Source: Calditrichales bacterium
Lineage (GTDB): Bacteria; Calditrichota; Calditrichia; Calditrichales; J004
DNA: 64,000 nt
Assembly: GCA_965267575.1 (NCBI GenBank)
Contig: OZ254086.1
Span: forward strand, 1,760,001 to 1,824,000
Direction: 5' to 3'
Made by a program: the position numbers and the translations under genes. Of the stretch, positions 37,997 through 49,326 are shown in pieces. Each line of letters starts with the position of its first letter. Positions within the stretch are counted from its first letter, which is position 1. The notes beneath the pieces were generated by a model that did no database searches, was not told where the DNA came from, and was given only the letters and a program-made list of their open reading frames with translations.

Positions 37997-40900
37997 CTAT
38001 TGAACTTCGGCTTCTTGCGGAGCAATGACCTTTTTGGTTTTTGCGACAACATCTTCAAGTATCATGTACAGGCTGGGTACCAGCAGCAAAATAATCGATG
38101 TGGCGAAGACGATACCGAAGCCCAGCGAGATGGCCATGGGGATCAGGTAATAGGCTTGGCGCGATGTTTCCAGGATGATCGGGGTGAGGCCGCCGAAGGT
38201 TGTAAGGGTCGTTAGAATGATCGGTCGGAAACGGCGCAATCCGGCTTTATGGATGGCGTCAAAGGCCGATTTGGATTTGTCTTCACGCTGGCGGTTGGCA
38301 TAGTCGATCATGATCAGCGAATCGTTCACCACAACACCGGACAAGGCAATCACTCCCATCAGGCTGATCAGCGACAGGTCGTAGCCCAGCAGGATGTGGC
38401 CGATCACCGCGCCAACGATGCCAAAGGGAATGGCCGCCATGACAATAAGCGGCTGCACGTAACTGCGGAAGGCAATCGCCAAAAGTGCAAAAATTACGGC
38501 CATGGCCAGCGAAAAACCACCCCATAACGCGGCCGTCGATTCGCGCATCTCGGCCTGGCTGCCCTGAAAGCTCCAGGTAATGCCGGGAAAATCGGCGCGC
38601 AGTTGAGGCAGCACTTCGCTTTGCAGCGATTGCAACACCTGGGTCGTCGCGCGCTTGGGTTCCACATCCATGCCCACGGTTACAACGCGCCGGCCGTCGC
38701 GACGGTTAATGCTTGTAAAAGCCTCACCGCGACGCACCTGCACCACATCCATCAGCGGCACCTCGATGCCGGCCGGGGTGCGCACCACAAAATCCTCAAG
38801 ATTGCGTACATCGACGCGTTCATCTTTGGGCAGCTTTACGCGCACTTCGATCTCGTTGGTGCCGCGCAGCTGGCGCATGGCCAGGGCGCCGTAAAAGGCA
38901 TCGCGCACCTGTTGTCCTACTTCGGCAGAGGTCAGGCCCAGGCTGCGGCCTTCCGGAAGCAGCACAAAATCAAACTGCTCTTTACCCTTATTATAATTGT
39001 CATTCACGTCACGCGTAGCTTCAAAAAGCTCCACCCGTTCCAGGAAAGCCCGGCTGGCTTTTTCCAGCACTTCGATGTTGGAGTGGCTTAAATCAACGCT
39101 GATATCCTGCTGCCAGCCGCCGGGTCCGCGCTCGGCCTCAAACGTAATCTGGTCCACACCCTCGATATCACCGATCTCATCGCGCCACAATGTTATCACT
39201 TCGGCGGCTGTCATGTCGCGCTCGTCGGGGGGCCTCATCACAATTTCCACATCGATGAAGCTCTGCCCGCGCACGTTGGTTTTTATGCCTTCGGCCACTT
39301 CGGAGAGATTGTACTCTTCAAACATACGCTGTGTCGACCGCGTCACCTCGTTGGCCACTTTTGCAGCCTGAGCCGGCGTTGTGCCCACCGGCAGACTAAT
39401 GCCCGCCTCAATTTCGTCAGCGGCCACTTCCGGCATCATGATCATGCCCATGTGATCGCTGTAGCCATAACCGCCCACCAGGATAAACAGGGCGATCGCC
39501 GAGCTCAGCGTGATATAGCGGTTACGCAAACAGAGATCCAGGAAACGGCTGTATTGGTTGTTGACGAAATCGTTAAAGCGCGAAGCAATTTTCTGCTGCC
39601 ACTCGTGGATTTTTTCTCCGATTTTGAAGTACGTTTTCTGCGATATATGCGCCAGGTGCGCGGGGAGAATAAACAGCGCTTCCAGCAGTGAAACAGCCAG
39701 CACCGTAATAACCACGGCTGCCAGCGGCCACCAGAATTTGCCGGTAGTGCCGGGGATAAAAAGCAGCGGGATAAAAGCCACAATATTTGTAAGAATACTG
39801 AAGGTGACCGGTCCGGAAATATCGCGCACCCCCTGGATGGCAGCGCTAGTAAAATCCATGCCCTGCTGGCGGTATTCATAAATGTTTTCGCCCACCACGA
39901 TGGCGTCATCCACCACGATACCCAGGACCACAATAAAGGCAAACATGGAAATCATGTTGATGCTGACATCGATAAGCGGCAACAGCGCCAGCCCGCCGAT
40001 AAACGAAATGGCCATGCCCATCATTACCCAGAAGGCCAGCTTGTATTCCAGGAAAATCGCCAGGATAAAAAGGACGATCACCAGCGCGATGGCGCCGTTT
40101 TCCATAAGCAGCGAAAGGCGCTCGTCGTAATCATCGGCGCGGTTGCTGTCGATGCGGTATTTCACGCCCGGCGGCAGGGTCGCTTCCAGATCTGTTAAAA
40201 ACGCCTGAACGGTGGAAGAAATCTCCAACGGGGACTGATCGCCCACACGGTAAATGCCAATTTCAACCGAAGGCTGCCGATTGAATTGCGAATGGAATCC
40301 GGCCTCTTCAAAGCCATCGGTGATCGTGGCTATGTCGCCCAGCGTGAGCGACGCGCCGGCATCCGATGAAATTATTTTTATGTTGGAAAACTCTTCGGCC
40401 CACTGCTTGCGCTCTTTCATGCGCAGCAGTATTTCCCCGCTTTGTGTCTCGATGGCGCCCGCAGGTATGTCCAGGCTGGACTGCCCAATGATACGCGCTA
40501 CTTCACCAAGGGTCAGATTGTATTCACGCAGCCGGTCCTGGGGGATTTCCACGTGGGTCACGTAGTCCGGCACATTGCCGATCTGCACCTGGGTCAATCC
40601 TTCCTGGCTGAGTAGGCGGTCGCGCATACGCTCGGCAAGCTGGCGCAATGTCCAGATATCCACGTCGCCATAGAGGACAATTTCCATCACATCGCGCTGC
40701 TGGTCGGCCAGGCGTACTTCGGGTTCCTCTATGTCATCGGGAAAGGTGCGGATGCGGTTTACGGCCTGGTCGATATCCTGGAACGCCTTCATGCGGTCGG
40801 TGCCGGCTACAAGCTCGATGCTCACGGAGCCGGAACCTTCGCGCGCCGTGGAAACCACTTCTTTGATGCCCTGAACGCCGCGAATCGCTTCTTCCACCGG

Positions 40901-41122
40901 CAGTAGGATACCCTGCTCCACTTCAGCCGGGGAGGCGCCGGGATAAACCACGCTTACGTTGACGATATCAAGCTGGAACTCGGGAAATACTTCTTTTTGA
41001 ATATTGATGGCAGTCCAGAAGCCGGCCCCGATGATGATCACCATCAGCAGGTTGGCGGCAATGGAGTTTTGGGCCATCCAGGCCAGGGGACCCTTGCGCA
41101 CGTTTGGGTTTTGTTGACTCAT
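37997..41122 (-). CDS. RND efflux permease (AcrB/AcrD/AcrF family)
   Basis: 1041 aa; [14 protein letters not shown] and [12 protein letters not shown] motifs. Confidence 0.93.
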   Translation of the reverse strand: MSQQNPNVRKGPLAWMAQNSIAANLLMVIIIGAGFWTAINIQKEVFPEFQLDIVNVSVVYPGASPAEVEQGILLPVEEAIRGVQGIKEVVSTAREGSGSVSIELVAGTDRMKAFQDIDQAVNRIRTFPDDIEEPEVRLADQQRDVMEIVLYGDVDIWTLRQLAERMRDRLLSQEGLTQVQIGNVPDYVTHVEIPQDRLREYNLTLGEVARIIGQSSLDIPAGAIETQSGEILLRMKERKQWAEEFSNIKIISSDAGASLTLGDIATITDGFEEAGFHSQFNRQPSVEIGIYRVGDQSPLEISSTVQAFLTDLEATLPPGVKYRIDSNRADDYDERLSLLMENGAIALVIVLFILAIFLEYKLAFWVMMGMAISFIGGLALLPLIDVSINMISMFAFIVVLGIVVDDAIVVGENIYEYRQQGMDFTSAAIQGVRDISGPVTFSILTNIVAFIPLLFIPGTTGKFWWPLAAVVITVLAVSLLEALFILPAHLAHISQKTYFKIGEKIHEWQQKIASRFNDFVNNQYSRFLDLCLRNRYITLSSAIALFILVGGYGYSDHMGMIMMPEVAADEIEAGISLPVGTTPAQAAKVANEVTRSTQRMFEEYNLSEVAEGIKTNVRGQSFIDVEIVMRPPDERDMTAAEVITLWRDEIGDIEGVDQITFEAERGPGGWQQDISVDLSHSNIEVLEKASRAFLERVELFEATRDVNDNYNKGKEQFDFVLLPEGRSLGLTSAEVGQQVRDAFYGALAMRQLRGTNEIEVRVKLPKDERVDVRNLEDFVVRTPAGIEVPLMDVVQVRRGEAFTSINRRDGRRVVTVGMDVEPKRATTQVLQSLQSEVLPQLRADFPGITWSFQGSQAEMRESTAALWGGFSLAMAVIFALLAIAFRSYVQPLIVMAAIPFGIVGAVIGHILLGYDLSLISLMGVIALSGVVVNDSLIMIDYANRQREDKSKSAFDAIHKAGLRRFRPIILTTLTTFGGLTPIILETSRQAYYLIPMAISLGFGIVFATSIILLLVPSLYMILEDVVAKTKKVIAPQEAEVQ

Positions 41123-42378
41123 CTGCTGCCCCCGGCCGTTTCTGCCGCACTGACGGACACTGTGTCCGCGCCGCTTTCTTCACCTTTAACCCGCAGCGGG
41201 CTGCCGTCAACCACCGTGGTCAGGTTGGTAATAACAACGCTGTCGTTTTGATTCAGTCCGTTCTCGATGTAAGCCCAACTGGCATCCTGGAAAGCGATCT
41301 GCACATCGCGGATACGCAGCTGTTTCTCCTGCATCACCCAGACCGTTTCATCCTTGCGCACAAAATCGCGGTCAATGCGCACCACCTCGCTTATGGGCCT
41401 GCCCTTGATGCGCGCCTCAACAAACGATCCGATTATCAATGCCGGTTTTTCTTCCCCGTCTTTCTTGTAGCCCAGGGGATCGGGCACTTCCACCAGAACG
41501 CGCGCCATCCTCGTCGGCTCTTCCAGCGCGCCCACCAGCCGGTCAATATAGCCGCTGCGGTAAACGCCTTCCGGCCAGGCGGAGCGGTTGCGAATAAGTA
41601 CCTCGGAGCCCCGTTCATTTTCATCATCCGGAAATTCGATCCAGCGTAATTGCGAAAGGGGCACGGTTGTAACTACCCAATAGGCATCCAGACCCACCAG
41701 ACGCCCCACCGGCTCACCGGGCGCCACCTGCGAACCGACATTGGCGTTGCGGCTAAGGATGTGCGCGTTAAAGGGCGCGCGAATGGACGTTCTTTGCAGG
41801 TTAAGCTCGGCTTGTTTAACGGCGGCTTCAGCGGCTTGCACACGTGCCCGCGCGGCATTCAGCTGCGGTTCGCGTAAGACAAGCGCCTTGCTGCCAACGG
41901 AAAGCGTATCGTCAAAAAGCTGGAAATCGCGTTGGGCCACTTCCTGGCGGCCCATTTCCACATTGAGGTCGGCCTGTGCCTGACGCAGGTCACTTTGCGC
42001 CTGTAACAGGGCATTCTCATAATCCGCAGGATCAATCTGTAGCAGCAGTTCGCCTTTTTGCACATAACCGCCGGGTGTAAAATCGGGCGAGCGCATCACC
42101 ACCTCGCCGCTTACCCTCGGGCTAAGCATAACGTCCTGCTCCGGCGCCACCGTGCCCGTAGCAACGATCGTCGGCCGGTAATCGCCCTTTTCCGCCGGCG
42201 ATACATCCACCAGCATGGCCGTTTGCTTTGTGGCAGTCACGCGCTGCGCTGTCGGCTCGGTGGAAAATATCAGTAGGGTAAGCAGGGCCGCCACAACCAG
42301 GATGGCAGCGGAAATCAGCAATGTCTTTTTCCAATTGATGGCGCTTTCCGCGCCGCTGTCGTTATGTTGCGTCGTCAT
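41119..42378 (-). CDS. RND periplasmic adaptor (membrane fusion protein)
   Basis: N-terminal transmembrane helix, VSGEV...[10 protein letters not shown] lipoyl half, IRAPFNA. Confidence 0.92.
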   Translation of the reverse strand: MTTQHNDSGAESAINWKKTLLISAAILVVAALLTLLIFSTEPTAQRVTATKQTAMLVDVSPAEKGDYRPTIVATGTVAPEQDVMLSPRVSGEVVMRSPDFTPGGYVQKGELLLQIDPADYENALLQAQSDLRQAQADLNVEMGRQEVAQRDFQLFDDTLSVGSKALVLREPQLNAARARVQAAEAAVKQAELNLQRTSIRAPFNAHILSRNANVGSQVAPGEPVGRLVGLDAYWVVTTVPLSQLRWIEFPDDENERGSEVLIRNRSAWPEGVYRSGYIDRLVGALEEPTRMARVLVEVPDPLGYKKDGEEKPALIIGSFVEARIKGRPISEVVRIDRDFVRKDETVWVMQEKQLRIRDVQIAFQDASWAYIENGLNQNDSVVITNLTTVVDGSPLRVKGEESGADTVSVSAAETAGGSR

Positions 42379-42411
42379 AATTTTTATGCTCTAAGGTGAT
42401 TGTCTGATTGC

Positions 42412-43800
42412 TTAATTTGCTGTATGGGCTGTTTCAAATCCGCCGGCCAGTGCGCGGTGCAGGGCAATGCGGTATTCCAGCAAAAGCAGCTTTGCCGAGA
42501 GCAGTTCCCGCTGCAGGCGCTGCTGCTCGGTCAGCGTGGTCAACACATCCAGGTAATCGCTGATGCCGTTGAGGTATTCGATCTGCAGTTGTTCGTATGT
42601 TTGCCTGGCGTATTCCACCTGCTGCTCAATGCTGGCGATGCGCTGCCGCTGCTTTTTCTCGCGGATCAACGCATCTTCCACTTCGCGGAAGGCAATTAAT
42701 ATTGTTTGACCGTATTCATACAGGCGCTGTTTTTTCGCAGCCTCTGTGCGCTCTACCTCGGCGCTGCGTTCTCCGCCGGCGAAAATGGGTCCAAGCAGAC
42801 CGGCACTCAGGGTGCGCACCCAGTCCTCCATAAGGGCATCGGCATCATTGCCCGTGCTGGTGGCCGAGGCGCTGATCGTCAGCCGCGGATAGCGGTTGGC
42901 GGCGGCCACGGCCAGGTCGCGGTCGGCGGCACGCAGCCGGTTAAAGGCCACCTGCACATCAGGCCGGCGGTTTACCAGTTCCAGCGGCAGGCCGGTAGCC
43001 GGCAGGGGTGGCAGCTGTGGCAGTTTGTTGCCTGCGTATTCCAGAGAATCCTGCGGAGAGCGGCCGACCAAAACCGCCAGCCTGTGTTCCAGAACGCCGA
43101 TCTCGCTTTCAACCGCGATGCGCTGCTCGCGCGTGGCCTCCAGCAGCTGCTTCTGGCGCAAAATATCCACGCTGCGGATCTGGCCGCTGCCAAAACGGTT
43201 GCGGATCAGCCGCAGCACTTTTTCATTTGTGCCAATTTGTTCGGCAAGCAGGTCGCGCTGGCTGCGCGCTTCTGCCAGGCGGTACCAGGCGCGTACCACC
43301 TCCGCGGAGATCGATATGGCGGCTGTTTGATAATCATAGCGGCTGGCTTCTTCACGGAAACGGGCGGCCTCAACACCGGCGTAAACACGGCCCCACAGGT
43401 CCAGCTCGTACTCGGATGAAAGCCCCAGTGTCAGGTCCTCGCTGCGGGGCACCTCCGGGCGGCGTACTTCACCGCTAAGCGAGGCAAAAAGATCGGGGAA
43501 AAAAGAGGCCGAGGCGCGGTCGGTGACAGCCTGTGCTTCGCGGACACGCTGCCAGGCGGTTAGCAGGTCGAAGTTGTTGCTTAAGGCATTTTCCACCAGG
43601 CTGTCAACGGCGGTATCGCCAAAAGTGGCCCACCAGCGCTGCGGTGTTTCCACCCGGCCGGAGTCGGAAAAGGCTTGCGGCGTTTCCAGCGGTGGCGAGA
43701 CATCGCCGGAGCGCCAGGCACAGGCGGAAAGGAGCAACAAAAACAATCCGCCAATAACAAAGCGTTTTAACTTAAATATATGTTTGATTCTGATGGTCAT
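42412..43800 (-). CDS. Efflux outer-membrane lipoprotein (NodT/TolC family)
   Basis: Lipobox LSAC; YELDLWG, RRPDV and ALAGG motifs. Start uncertain. Confidence 0.9.
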   Translation of the reverse strand: MTIRIKHIFKLKRFVIGGLFLLLLSACAWRSGDVSPPLETPQAFSDSGRVETPQRWWATFGDTAVDSLVENALSNNFDLLTAWQRVREAQAVTDRASASFFPDLFASLSGEVRRPEVPRSEDLTLGLSSEYELDLWGRVYAGVEAARFREEASRYDYQTAAISISAEVVRAWYRLAEARSQRDLLAEQIGTNEKVLRLIRNRFGSGQIRSVDILRQKQLLEATREQRIAVESEIGVLEHRLAVLVGRSPQDSLEYAGNKLPQLPPLPATGLPLELVNRRPDVQVAFNRLRAADRDLAVAAANRYPRLTISASATSTGNDADALMEDWVRTLSAGLLGPIFAGGERSAEVERTEAAKKQRLYEYGQTILIAFREVEDALIREKKQRQRIASIEQQVEYARQTYEQLQIEYLNGISDYLDVLTTLTEQQRLQRELLSAKLLLLEYRIALHRALAGGFETAHTAN

Positions 43801-43942
43801 TCTTGGGCGTTTAAAAATTCGACAATTCACAAAGCAGACAAAATAGCCGTGTGGCCGGAAGCCTTCTGTTTTATAATTCACGATATAACTGGAAAATGGA
43901 CAACGTAGCTATGAAGTAATCTATTCAAATAAGAAAAAAAGT

Positions 43943-45301
43943 CTAGTTTCCAATGCCCAGACTAAGCGTAATGGTGGCGATGGTCAGGTAGATAACCAGT
44001 CCGAAAATATCGTTGGAGGTTGAGACGAGCGGGGCGGCAGCCAAAGCCGGGTCGATATTGAGGCGCTTGAACAGCAGGGGCACCGTAGCACCCACAAGCG
44101 CAGCGGTGTTAACCACGATAAACATGGAAAGTCCCAATATGGAAGCAAAAACAGGCCCGTCCCAGAAAAAGACAATCACAAAAAGAAGGATAGAGAAAAA
44201 CAGGCTGTTAAGCATAGATACACGGAATTCCTTGTAAAGACGGCTGCGTGTGTCGCGCAGCTCAATATCACCCGTAGAAAGACCGCGCACAACGATAACC
44301 GATGCCTGCTGCCCGCTGGAACCGCCCATGGCCATGATGATCGGGATGAAAAACGCGGCCATGATCATCTGGCTGAGGGTCACCTGGAAATTGCTGAGGA
44401 TAAAAGCGGCAAGCAATTCGCCCGTAAAGGCCACCAGCAACCAGGGTGTGCGCGCCCGGGCCAGGATAAAAGGCGAATCTTCCATCAGCTCTTCTTCCGG
44501 CGCACCGGAAATACGGGCGATGTCTTCAGAGCCTTCTTCTTCCAGAACGTCGACGATATCATCTACAGTAATGCGGCCTACTAGGCGATGCTGGGCGTCC
44601 AGAACCGGGGCGCTGACCAGGTCGTACTTTTTGAAAAAATTGGCCACCTCTTCCTGGTCCATGTCTACGGAAATGGTTGGAAAATCAGGATTCATGATCT
44701 CGCTGATGCGCGTATTGTCGGAAGCCAAAACCAGGTCAGTAAGCGAGACGCCACCGATAAAATGATTGCGCTGGTCGACGACCCAAATATTGTAAAAGTG
44801 TTCCACCTCATCACGCATTTCACGGATTTTCTCGATGGCGTCGCGCGTGGTGGCCTCTCCCCGAACAGCCAGCACCTCCACGGCCATAATACCGCCGGCG
44901 CTCTCCTCAGGATAGGTGAGCAGTTCCTTGACCTCTTCCTGGACATCCGTTTCCAGTTTTTCCAGAACGCGTTCGGCCACATCGTCAGGCAACTCGGCAA
45001 CGATGTCTGCGGCATCGTCGGATTCCATTTGGTCGATAATGGCCGAAAGCTTGGCGTGATCAACCTCCTCTAAAACCTGCTCGATCAGCGGGGAATCCAG
45101 CTCCGGCAAAACTGTGGAAGCTACGTCCGGAGGCAGAATACTGAACAGGTAATGGCGGTCCTCGCGCTTCAGGCGGTTCATCACCACCTCGATATCGGCC
45201 GGGTGCATATCGATCAGGATATTCAGCAGGGCGCCGGTCTGGCGGTTTTCCACCAGCTGTTCAATATCGGGCAGAACGCTTTCTATCTTCAGATCAGCCA
45301 T
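43943..45301 (-). CDS. mgtE: Magnesium transporter MgtE
   Basis: HPADI, CBS pair, MGGSSGQQ, IDPALAAAP...ND motifs. Confidence 0.93.
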   Translation of the reverse strand: MADLKIESVLPDIEQLVENRQTGALLNILIDMHPADIEVVMNRLKREDRHYLFSILPPDVASTVLPELDSPLIEQVLEEVDHAKLSAIIDQMESDDAADIVAELPDDVAERVLEKLETDVQEEVKELLTYPEESAGGIMAVEVLAVRGEATTRDAIEKIREMRDEVEHFYNIWVVDQRNHFIGGVSLTDLVLASDNTRISEIMNPDFPTISVDMDQEEVANFFKKYDLVSAPVLDAQHRLVGRITVDDIVDVLEEEGSEDIARISGAPEEELMEDSPFILARARTPWLLVAFTGELLAAFILSNFQVTLSQMIMAAFFIPIIMAMGGSSGQQASVIVVRGLSTGDIELRDTRSRLYKEFRVSMLNSLFFSILLFVIVFFWDGPVFASILGLSMFIVVNTAALVGATVPLLFKRLNIDPALAAAPLVSTSNDIFGLVIYLTIATITLSLGIGN

Positions 45302-46085
45302 TGTTCATCAGTTTGGTTATGGAGTTGGAAAGGGTTTTAAATTCTTCAACGGACAAGGATTCCGGACGCCTGTCCAAAGCAATGGAATCTATGCAATCTA
45401 CAACGTTCGGTGCAAATATGCGTGCTAAACTGTTACGCAGCATTTTACGGCGTTGATTAAACGCACCCCGTACAACCCGACGAAACAGTTCCACATCTTC
45501 GATGCCGGCAGGCGCTTTTTGCAGATTGAAAAGCACGACCGCGGAATCGACGTTGGGCACGGGGAAAAAATTACCGCGGCCTACGTCAAACAGATAGCGC
45601 ACTTCGCACAGGGCCTGCAGCAATACACTGAGAATACCGTATTCCTTGTTGCCGCTTTGGGCAACGATTCTGCGGGCCACTTCTTTTTGCATCATGATTA
45701 CGGCACGTTTATAAAAAGCGCGGTTCTCAACCATTTTGAACAGGATCGGGCTGGTAATGTTGTAGGGAATGTTTCCGATCAGCAGCGCCGGATGTTCCGC
45801 CTGCAGATGCTTTTCTTCCGGCCATTTCAGGAAGTCGGCGTGATGCAGAATAAAACGATCGCCATATTGTTTTTCCAGTTCGGCGGCCCAGCGCGGATCA
45901 ATTTCCACCACCTGAAAACGGCGGGGCTCTTTTTGCAGGATCAGCGGTGGCAGCACACCCGGTCCCGGCCCGATTTCAACCACGTCATCGGCCGTTGATA
46001 TTTCCAGGGCGTCCACGATCTTTTGGGCGATCTGCGGTTGTTGCAGAAAATGCTGACCCAGGCGTTTAAGCGGACGGTGGCTCAT
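45294..46085 (-). CDS. rsmA: 16S rRNA adenine dimethyltransferase
   Basis: LGQHFL, EIGPGPG, GNIPYNITSP, QKEVA and FNQRRK motifs. Confidence 0.95.
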   Translation of the reverse strand: MSHRPLKRLGQHFLQQPQIAQKIVDALEISTADDVVEIGPGPGVLPPLILQKEPRRFQVVEIDPRWAAELEKQYGDRFILHHADFLKWPEEKHLQAEHPALLIGNIPYNITSPILFKMVENRAFYKRAVIMMQKEVARRIVAQSGNKEYGILSVLLQALCEVRYLFDVGRGNFFPVPNVDSAVVLFNLQKAPAGIEDVELFRRVVRGAFNQRRKMLRNSLARIFAPNVVDCIDSIALDRRPESLSVEEFKTLSNSITKLMNNG

Positions 46086-46089
46086 GCGG

Positions 46090-46857
46090 TTACAGCGCCA
46101 GGTTAAACAGGTGCCTTGCGTTTTCGCTCGTAACCTCTGCCAGTTCCTCGAGAGAAATTCCTTTAATTTCGGCGATATGGCGGGCGGTGTGTATCACGTG
46201 CGCCGGTTCGTTGCGCTTGCCGCGGTGCGGCTCCGGCGTGAGGAAAGGGCTGTCGGTTTCCAGCAGAAGACGGTCCAGCGGCACCATGTCAATCAATTGA
46301 TTGTCTTTGTATTTTTTGAACGTGACCATGCCGGTAAAGGAGACATAAAAGGTGGTATTGAGCACACGCTCCAGAAATTCTGGCGTGCCGGTAAAGCTGT
46401 GCAGCACGCCGCTGACCTCACCGGCTTTTTCCGCCAAAAGAGTGTCCAGCACATCCTCGTGCGAGTCACGGTTGTGCACGATGAGCGGCAGGTTGCGCTT
46501 GCGGGCCAATGCGATCTGGCGAATGAAAGCCTTTTTTTGCACCTCTTTTTCACTGTACATGCGGTAGTAGTCCAGACCCACCTCACCAATGGCAATCACT
46601 TTTTCGTGTTTGCTAAGTTTTTCGATTTCAGCGTAATCCTTGTCTTTGGCAGCGCCGCAATCGGAAGGGTGAATACCCACGGCGGCGTAAATGGAGGCGT
46701 AATTGTCGGCCAGCCCGATGGCCTGTTTGGAGCTTTCCAGGCTGGTCCCGATGGTGATGATAGCCTGAATGTTGTTTTTAATGGCGCGCTGAACAACGGC
46801 GTCACGGTCCTCGTCGAATTGCTCAAAATCCAGGTGCGCGTGCGTATCAATAAACAT
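46090..46857 (-). CDS. tatD: TatD family DNase
   Basis: DTHAH, GIHP, GEVGLDY and ETDSP motifs. Confidence 0.93.
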   Translation of the reverse strand: MFIDTHAHLDFEQFDEDRDAVVQRAIKNNIQAIITIGTSLESSKQAIGLADNYASIYAAVGIHPSDCGAAKDKDYAEIEKLSKHEKVIAIGEVGLDYYRMYSEKEVQKKAFIRQIALARKRNLPLIVHNRDSHEDVLDTLLAEKAGEVSGVLHSFTGTPEFLERVLNTTFYVSFTGMVTFKKYKDNQLIDMVPLDRLLLETDSPFLTPEPHRGKRNEPAHVIHTARHIAEIKGISLEELAEVTSENARHLFNLAL

Positions 46858-46899
46858 AAATCCGTCCTTGCTTGAAATGGTAATTAAGCGGGTATCGCT

Positions 46900-48951
46900 T
46901 TAGCGGATGGCGCTTCCGGCCGGTATATCTGCCATAACCGTCAGCAGGCTCAGTTTACCGTCATCCTCGGCGGTCAGCAGCATCCCGCGCGATTCAATAC
47001 CGCGAAGTTTGACGGGTTTCAGGTTGGCAACAATGATGATGCTTTTGCCGGCCAGCTCTTCCGGCTGGTAATGCTGGGCAATACCGCTCACAATGGTGCG
47101 TTCCTCGCCGCCCGCATCCACACGGATCTTTAGCAGCTTGTCGGTTTTAGGAACGCGCTCGGCCTCGATTATGCGCGCCACTTTCATCTCCACTTTGGCA
47201 AAATCATCAATGCTGATTTCGGGTGCTTGTTCTGGCACGGCTTTCTCCTTGCTTTGCGGCTTGCGCGCCGCCTCCAGCCTGTCCAACTCGGGCTGAATGG
47301 CGCTGTCTTCAATTTTGGAGAATAAAATTTGCGGTTTCTCAACGGCATGATTGTGTTTAAGCAGAAACGTACCGGCATCGTCCCAGTTCAGGTCATCGCT
47401 GATGTTGAGCAGCCGGCGCATTTTTACAGTGCTAAAGGGTATCAGCGGCTCCAGCAGGATGCTCAGTGAAGCGACAGTTTGCAGGCACAGGTGAATCGTG
47501 GTGGCGCAGTCCGCCGGATTCTCCTTGCGCGTTTTCCAGGGCTCCTTGTCATTGAAATACTTGTTGGCAAAGCGGGCCAGGTCCATCACCTCGCGCACGT
47601 AGTTTTTATACTGGTGCGTGTTAATCAGATTGCCGCTGGCCTGCGGTGCGTTTTTCAGCTTGTTAACCAATTCGTTGTCCAGATCGCCGTATTCGCCGGC
47701 CAGAGGCACTTTACCGTCAAAATATTTGTGGGCAAAGGTAAAAGTGCGGTTAACGAAATTGCCCAGGATGTCAGCCAGCTCGTTATTATGGCGCGCCTGG
47801 AAATCTTTCCAGGAGAAATCGCTGTCGCGGGTTTCCGGCATAATGCTGGCCAGCACGTAGCGCAGCGAGTCGGGATCGAATTTTTTGAGATAGTCATCCA
47901 GCCAGACGGCGTAGTTGCGGCTGGTGGAGAGCTTGCCGCCCTCCAGGTTGAGAAATTCGTTGGCCGGCACATTTTCCGGCAGCACATATTCGCCGTGCAG
48001 TTTGAGCATCAGCGGGAAAATGATGCAGTGGAAGACAATATTGTCCTTGCCGATAAAATGAATCAGACGCGTGTCCTCTTCCTGCCAGTATCTTTTCCAC
48101 AGCCCGGGATCGCCCTTTTGTTCGGCCCATTCCCGTGTGGCGGATATATAGCCAATGGGTGCGTCGAACCAGACGTAAAGTACTTTGCCTTTTGTGTCCA
48201 CGCCGGCCTTTTTGGCCACGTCTTCGGGGAGCTGTACGCCCCACGGAAGGTCGCGGGTCATGGCCCGGTCACGCAGACCGTCTTTAAACCAGCTGCGGAT
48301 CTGGCCCAGCGCGTTGGGCTTCCAATCACCGTGCTCGTCAATCCATTTTTCCAGCATCGGCTGGTATTTTTCCAGCGACAGGTACCAGTGCTTAGTCTCT
48401 TTCAACACCGGCCTGGCGTTTGTGATGGCGCTGCGTGGATTGATCAGGTCGTTGGGGCTGAGCGAAGTTCCGCAGTTTTCGCACTGGTCGCCATAAGCGT
48501 CTTCGTAGCCGCACTTGGGACAGGTGCCGCGCACAAAACGGTCGGCCAGAAACATGCCCGCTTCAGGGTCATAGAGATGCTTTTCTTTTTTGAGCACAAA
48601 CTCATTTTTTTTATCCAGCCGCCGGAAGAAATCCTGGCTGGTTTGATGGTGCACCGGCGAAGAGGTGCGACCATAATAATCGAAACTCATGCCCACTTTT
48701 TCAAAGCTTTTTTTTATGATCGCGTGATAGCGGTCCACAATTTCCTGCGGCGATTTGCCCTCGTCGCGGGCGCGCAGCATGATCGGCACGCCGTGCTCGT
48801 CGGAGCCGCAGATATAAACCACATCGTTGCCCTTCATGCGCTGGTAGCGCACAAAAATATCGGCCGGCAGGTAGGCCCCGGCCAGGTGACCAAGGTGGAT
48901 CGGCCCGTTGGCGTAAGGCAGGGCGCTGGTAACCAGAATTTTTTCAGACAC
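46900..48951 (-). CDS. metG: Methionine--tRNA ligase
   Basis: ALPYANG-HLGH, zinc knuckle CPKC/CENC, KLSTS, C-terminal tRNA-binding OB domain; GTG start. Confidence 0.97.
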   Translation of the reverse strand: MSEKILVTSALPYANGPIHLGHLAGAYLPADIFVRYQRMKGNDVVYICGSDEHGVPIMLRARDEGKSPQEIVDRYHAIIKKSFEKVGMSFDYYGRTSSPVHHQTSQDFFRRLDKKNEFVLKKEKHLYDPEAGMFLADRFVRGTCPKCGYEDAYGDQCENCGTSLSPNDLINPRSAITNARPVLKETKHWYLSLEKYQPMLEKWIDEHGDWKPNALGQIRSWFKDGLRDRAMTRDLPWGVQLPEDVAKKAGVDTKGKVLYVWFDAPIGYISATREWAEQKGDPGLWKRYWQEEDTRLIHFIGKDNIVFHCIIFPLMLKLHGEYVLPENVPANEFLNLEGGKLSTSRNYAVWLDDYLKKFDPDSLRYVLASIMPETRDSDFSWKDFQARHNNELADILGNFVNRTFTFAHKYFDGKVPLAGEYGDLDNELVNKLKNAPQASGNLINTHQYKNYVREVMDLARFANKYFNDKEPWKTRKENPADCATTIHLCLQTVASLSILLEPLIPFSTVKMRRLLNISDDLNWDDAGTFLLKHNHAVEKPQILFSKIEDSAIQPELDRLEAARKPQSKEKAVPEQAPEISIDDFAKVEMKVARIIEAERVPKTDKLLKIRVDAGGEERTIVSGIAQHYQPEELAGKSIIIVANLKPVKLRGIESRGMLLTAEDDGKLSLLTVMADIPAGSAIR

Positions 48952-48990
48952 AACTTTTTCCTTTTTTTCAGAATCCGTCCCGAATAGAGA

Positions 48991-49019
48991 AATTTAGAAT
49001 CGCTTCCCGACTTATGCAA
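48991..49019 (-). promoter_or_regulatory. Sigma70-like promoter of the metG operon
   Basis: TTGCAT-17 bp-TAAATT. Confidence 0.6.
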
Positions 49020-49040
49020 ACGGCGGATGGGGATGTTTTT

Positions 49041-49103
49041 GTCTTGCGGTGTTAAGGTCCTGAAGTCTTGGGTCACGGGGTCTTGAGGTCAGGAAGTCAT
49101 CGG
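49041..49103. repeat. Degenerate octamer array (8 units)
   Basis: GTCTTGCG GTGTTAAG GTCCTGAA GTCTTGG GTCACGGG GTCTTGAG GTCAGGAA GTCATCGG. Confidence 0.7.
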
Positions 49104-49187
49104 GCATCTTGATCATTTCCGGTGTGGCCTGCGTAGCCGATCGCGGAAAAAAATCAGGATAACCCGGGATGACAGTTTAAGAAAATA

Positions 49188-49214
49188 GCCACGATCTTCA
49201 GATCGTGGATAAAA
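49188..49214 (+). repeat. REP-like palindrome, copy 1
   Basis: GCCACGATCTTCAGATCGTGGATAAAA, identical in inverse orientation to 60712-60738. Confidence 0.85.
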
Positions 49215-49249
49215 CCGTTTAGGCGAATTTGGCCAAATTATCGCCTATT

Positions 49250-49275
49250 GAGATGCTGAACGAGTTTAGCATGAC
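49250..49275 (-). repeat. GTCAT-type REP-like palindrome
   Basis: Minus strand reads GTCATGCTAAACTCGTTCAGCATCTC. Confidence 0.6.
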
Positions 49276-49289
49276 GTTGCCCTTCCTGT

Positions 49290-49321
49290 AAGCACGCTAA
49301 TACTTTAACACACTAACACGT
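49290..49321 (+). repeat. Octamer array, left arm
   Basis: AAGCACGC TAATACTT TAACACAC TAACACGT. Confidence 0.75.
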
Positions 49322-49326
49322 GCACC

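Noticed and set aside
47479..48987. 502-aa ORF antisense to metG in the same codon register
   Set aside because: Explained by scarcity of TTA/CTA/TCA codons in metG. It has no recognisable motifs or ribosome-binding site and is treated as a shadow ORF.
49041..49326. Possible CRISPR array, T-box or SAM riboswitch upstream of metG
   Set aside because: No constant repeat with unique spacers, no cas genes, and no T-box or SAM consensus.
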